In this document: piece by piece, positions 51,142-54,351 of the stretch | Layout: every line of letters begins with the position of its first letter | How positions within the stretch are numbered: the stretch's first letter is position 1 | Assembly: GCA_001938485.1 (NCBI GenBank) | Contig: MQRK01197567.1 | Location: 1 to 54,351 of the forward strand | DNA length: 54,351 bases | Source of the DNA: Girardia tigrina | Lineage: Eukaryota | Direction: 5' to 3' | Program-made: the position numbers and the translations under genes | The notes under the pieces: generated by a model | What the model was told of the DNA's origin: nothing | Seen by the model: only the letters and a program-made list of their open reading frames with translations | The model's database searches: none

Positions 51142-51221
51142 TAACGCTAACGCTAACCCTAACCCTAACCCTGACCCTAACCTAAACCCAAACCTAAACC
51201 GTAATCATAACCTTAACCTAA
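51142..51221 (+). repeat. Degenerate interstitial (TAACCC)n telomere-like tract
   Basis: TAACGC TAACGC TAACCC TAACCC TAACCC TGACCC TAACCT AAACCC AAACCT..., about 13 hexamers. Confidence 0.85.
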
Positions 51222-51889
51222 CTTTAAAGTTTTTATGTGGGTGTAAAATTTTTGGGGACAAAAATGGGGGTCTACATAAATTTTCTTGGGAAACGCTGGT
51301 TTAGTAGTTAAAAATTTGAATTACATATATAAAAAAGGAAGTTATGAAACAATAAAATCAAAACTACACTTTCCACTAATGTTTTTGAAGTTCTTAAATT
51401 GTATGAGTAGATTGTAAGATGAATTGTTGTGATACATTTACTCTATGAAAAATATCTGGTAAGTTAGTTTACAAGAATTACTTCTGGTTTGAATATCGTT
51501 TACTATCACTTCATAATATATTATTTTATTAGACTTTGATAATAAATTAAATATAGTTCACCTATGAAAATATAATTCTACGAAACAAATTTGTTTTTGA
51601 GGTACAAATGTGTTTCAGAGTATTTCCGTGGAGAGAAGTGAAAGAGTTTCAAACCATTTTTCGAGGTTCGATTTTGTTGAACTTCAACAATCCTTCTAAA
51701 TCTTTGTAAATTACTTGGATTTGTTACATTTCTTTTTTGAGAAGGATTGCTCACGTACATAAGTATTTTTACAGCAAAAAAATAATTTAAAACTTAAAAT
51801 TATCTATTTAAAAGAGTTCTGGGGCTTTATTGGTATAGATATCATAGAGAGATAAGTAACAATTACCTTTTCGATACTGTAGTGTGGGA

Positions 51890-52628
51890 TGACGCCATGC
51901 CTGATTCTGCTGTTTCGTCAGTGCTGTTTCATACAGAAACCAACTCTCATCCTATGTCGCCCAATTGTGTAACAGATAATCGATGGAATAGTTTTCAAAT
52001 AAGGCGATGATGCTTTGTGCATACAAAATCCTGTCCCGTTTGTTTGCTTCTGAGAGGTGATGTGGAATCCATGTCGAACAAGTTTTTCGCAATTCAAGCT
52101 GATTTGTGAAAATCTGTCTAACAGTATCTTTAGACAGGCCAGTCGATTCACTCACTGCTCTAAGAGATGTCCTTGGTTCTTCATCCACAATCGCTTTGAT
52201 AATCTGCACATTTTCAGCGGTTGAAGATGTGGTTGGGCGGCCGCATCTTTGATCATCAACAAGGGATAGTCTTCCCTCTTTAAATAATTTGTACCACTCG
52301 AATACAGTTGTCTGTGAAGGAAAATCTAGGTCAGTATCTTGCAGCTGCTTATATATTTCACATAGTTTTACGTCCCCGTAGCATTTCTAAGTAAATTTAT
52401 GCACGAAAATGTTCTTTCTGTAAATCCATAACGTGTCAAACGGTGCACCTTACACTGTGTTAGCAGCAATAATGGGCTGTCACAATGAGAAGAGAGTGGA
52501 TAAGTGTGTGACTCTATGATTGGCCAAAGCAGCTGATTGGTGGTCTCATTCTAATACAATATTTACGTGTATACATGTATGCATGTGTGTGTGCATGCCA
52601 TATTCCGGGAACTTATTAGACAACCTAA
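51890..52628 (-). mobile_element. Mariner element 5' half (left TIR plus disrupted transposase from ATG 52429)
   Basis: TA|CTTAGGTTGTCTAATAAGTTCCCGGAAT terminus. MDLQKEHFRA*..TVFEWYKLFKEGR..DDQRCGRPTT..WIPHHL..WAT*DESW. Confidence 0.9.
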
Positions 52629-54094
52629 GTAATTGAAGTGGGCACCCACCTAGAATATTCCATGGTGTAGCTCAATCTTTCTCCACCTCCAGATGTAACT
52701 GGTCTATCGAATAAATAAACTTTATCGTTCTTTATCGCTCACTCCCCCATTTTGACTCTTACTCTTTGCAGCCCGGCAAATAGACTGGTTCATAAACTCC
52801 TTATTCTGATGATAATCACAGTTCAATTTCTATAGATCAAGTTGTGACTATGCATGTGTACAGTGGCCAACCAGAGTTATTCATTGAAGGGCTTCAATAC
52901 TAAAAGTTATTTCCCGTATTGTTTGAAAAAGATGCATTTCAGAAAAATATGTTTCATTTTCACAACATTGTCAGAAAGTGGGTGCCCAGTAAAAAACTGT
53001 TAAAATCTAGCCTGTTCGTTTCTGATTGATAAATTTAATTCTATCGATAAACGTCTTATTATTTAAACACATTTAAATCACAATTGATTTACAATTCGCA
53101 AATATTTTAAATATATTATTTATAATAAGAAATTTAAAAAATAATGGCAAATTTTTATTAAAATCAAGAACGCCATTAAAATCAAATTTTATTGTCGCAA
53201 TATATTTCGGTGGATTATCCACCATCTCCAGGCTGAATTAACAGCAATTTTGCTGTCTTACATATAGCAAATTGATAATTATGCAAACATCTTGTGAAAT
53301 AACTAATTAGATATTTTCAACAAATTGGAAGAGACTTGTTTGGACATTAATCAACGGATTAAGCAATGTTTAATAAAAAATGGTAAACCGAATTTAACGG
53401 CAATTCACAATCATTTGAAATATCATTTTCGAATGAGAAAAATCGATGACAAAATTCGCCCATTAGCTTCATCTAGTATGAATATCGACATTAATTTCGA
53501 CAAAAAATGAAAGAAATTCATTCATTGATTATCAATCGAGACTTAGAAAAAGAAATGTAAAAATATCATTGAATGAAATACATTCGATTATTGACTCAAA
53601 ATCGCGCTGCATTAAAAATATTCATTCTATATTCTACAAACAATATAAAGAATTTGCCGTGAGAAACTCCGATCATTCCGATTCGTGGATACGCGTCGTT
53701 AATAATTCGTCTGAGGATTATTCCGAAACCGAGAGTGTCAATGGGGAAATTGTTCCCGGAAAATCAAAATTCAATGAATTTTCTTTTAATCAAATCAATC
53801 TCTTATCGACTAATCAATTCGATCCGATTAATTGCTGTAGATTAATAGTGCGTTGAAGAAACAGATTGTGACGAAGTACAGCGACGATTCCTTGAACAAT
53901 GTTCCCTTGACCTGTGGGACGGTTGAGACCGGTCCTTTTTTGAGATAGAAACTGAACTTTAATATGAAATCGAATAAACACAAAACGAAGAAATATAACT
54001 CATCTTCCTCTGAGATACAACATTTGATATTATTTATAATATATTAATTTAATTTTAAAGTTAGTTATTTAAATTTTAAAATTTATTAAATAAT

Positions 54095-54195
54095 CCGAAC
54101 GTTTTAAAATATCAATCTTCCATCTGGGTGGGAGAAACGCAATCCTAAAACAACATACAATAAGCACCATTCAAAAATATTCCTCACAATGATAA
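54095..54195 (+). repeat. Dispersed repeat, probably an L1/Tx1-like RT-thumb fragment; homologs at ~27600-27710 (-), ~38270-38360 (-), ~48480-48600 (+) and ~48970-49088 (+)
   Basis: Shared TTCCATCTGGGTGGGAGA...AATATTCCTCACA. The frame FHLGGRITILN...NIPH resembles the L1/Tx1 motif LSxxGRxxLI....IP. Confidence 0.5.
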
Positions 54196-54351
54196 TTAGT
54201 TTTCATTAACCTATCATGAAAAAAAATAATTAATATTTAATAAAACTTAAAATAGATTAATAATTGAAATTAAACTTTCAAAAGACAAAAGCAAAACAGC
54301 AACAAAAATTAAATTTATTTTTATACAAAATTTCTATCAATATTCTTAGTT

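Noticed and set aside
54115-54145. LPSGWEKR, a WW-domain-like peptide
   Set aside because: The rest of the WW motif (YY...T.W..P) is absent. The segment is a dispersed repeat better explained in another frame as an L1/Tx1-like fragment.
1-54351. Minus-strand bias of relics as a uni-strand piRNA cluster signature
   Set aside because: The excess is only modest, and many elements lie on the plus strand. It is not convincing without small-RNA data.

Overview
This is AT-rich eukaryotic scaffold DNA, probably from an invertebrate (inferred from relics of fascin, a sigma-like GST with a GT-AG intron and EGF-like repeats). It has several N-gaps. I found no intact host gene, rRNA, tRNA or CRISPR array. 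The window is a dense graveyard of mobile elements that I identified by manual translation. DNA transposons: several Tc1/mariner relics, one full-length but disabled IS630/Tc1-type DD34E element with TIRs and TA TSD (42914-44253), pogo/Tigger, hAT (including Buster), a MULE-like MITE and Helitron-like ends. Retroelements: a Gypsy LTR element with two nested insertions, RTE-like and L1/Tx1-like LINE fragments, and Penelope-like (PLE) 3' ends. There is also a decayed Polinton/Maverick (adintovirus-like) segment with a packaging ATPase and a protein-primed PolB. The most notable non-coding signal is a minimal type I hammerhead ribozyme (GAC-CUGAAGA-U-stem II-GAAA-palindromic stem III-UU-GUC) about 70 nt downstream of the PLE GIY-YIG stop. 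It occurs four times, one probably an assembly duplicate. An upstream hairpin could occlude its core. Host-gene debris (GST, fascin, EGF-like) is interleaved with the elements. Five direct duplications flanking 50-N gaps are most likely assembly artefacts. All family assignments rest on motif recognition by eye, without database searches.
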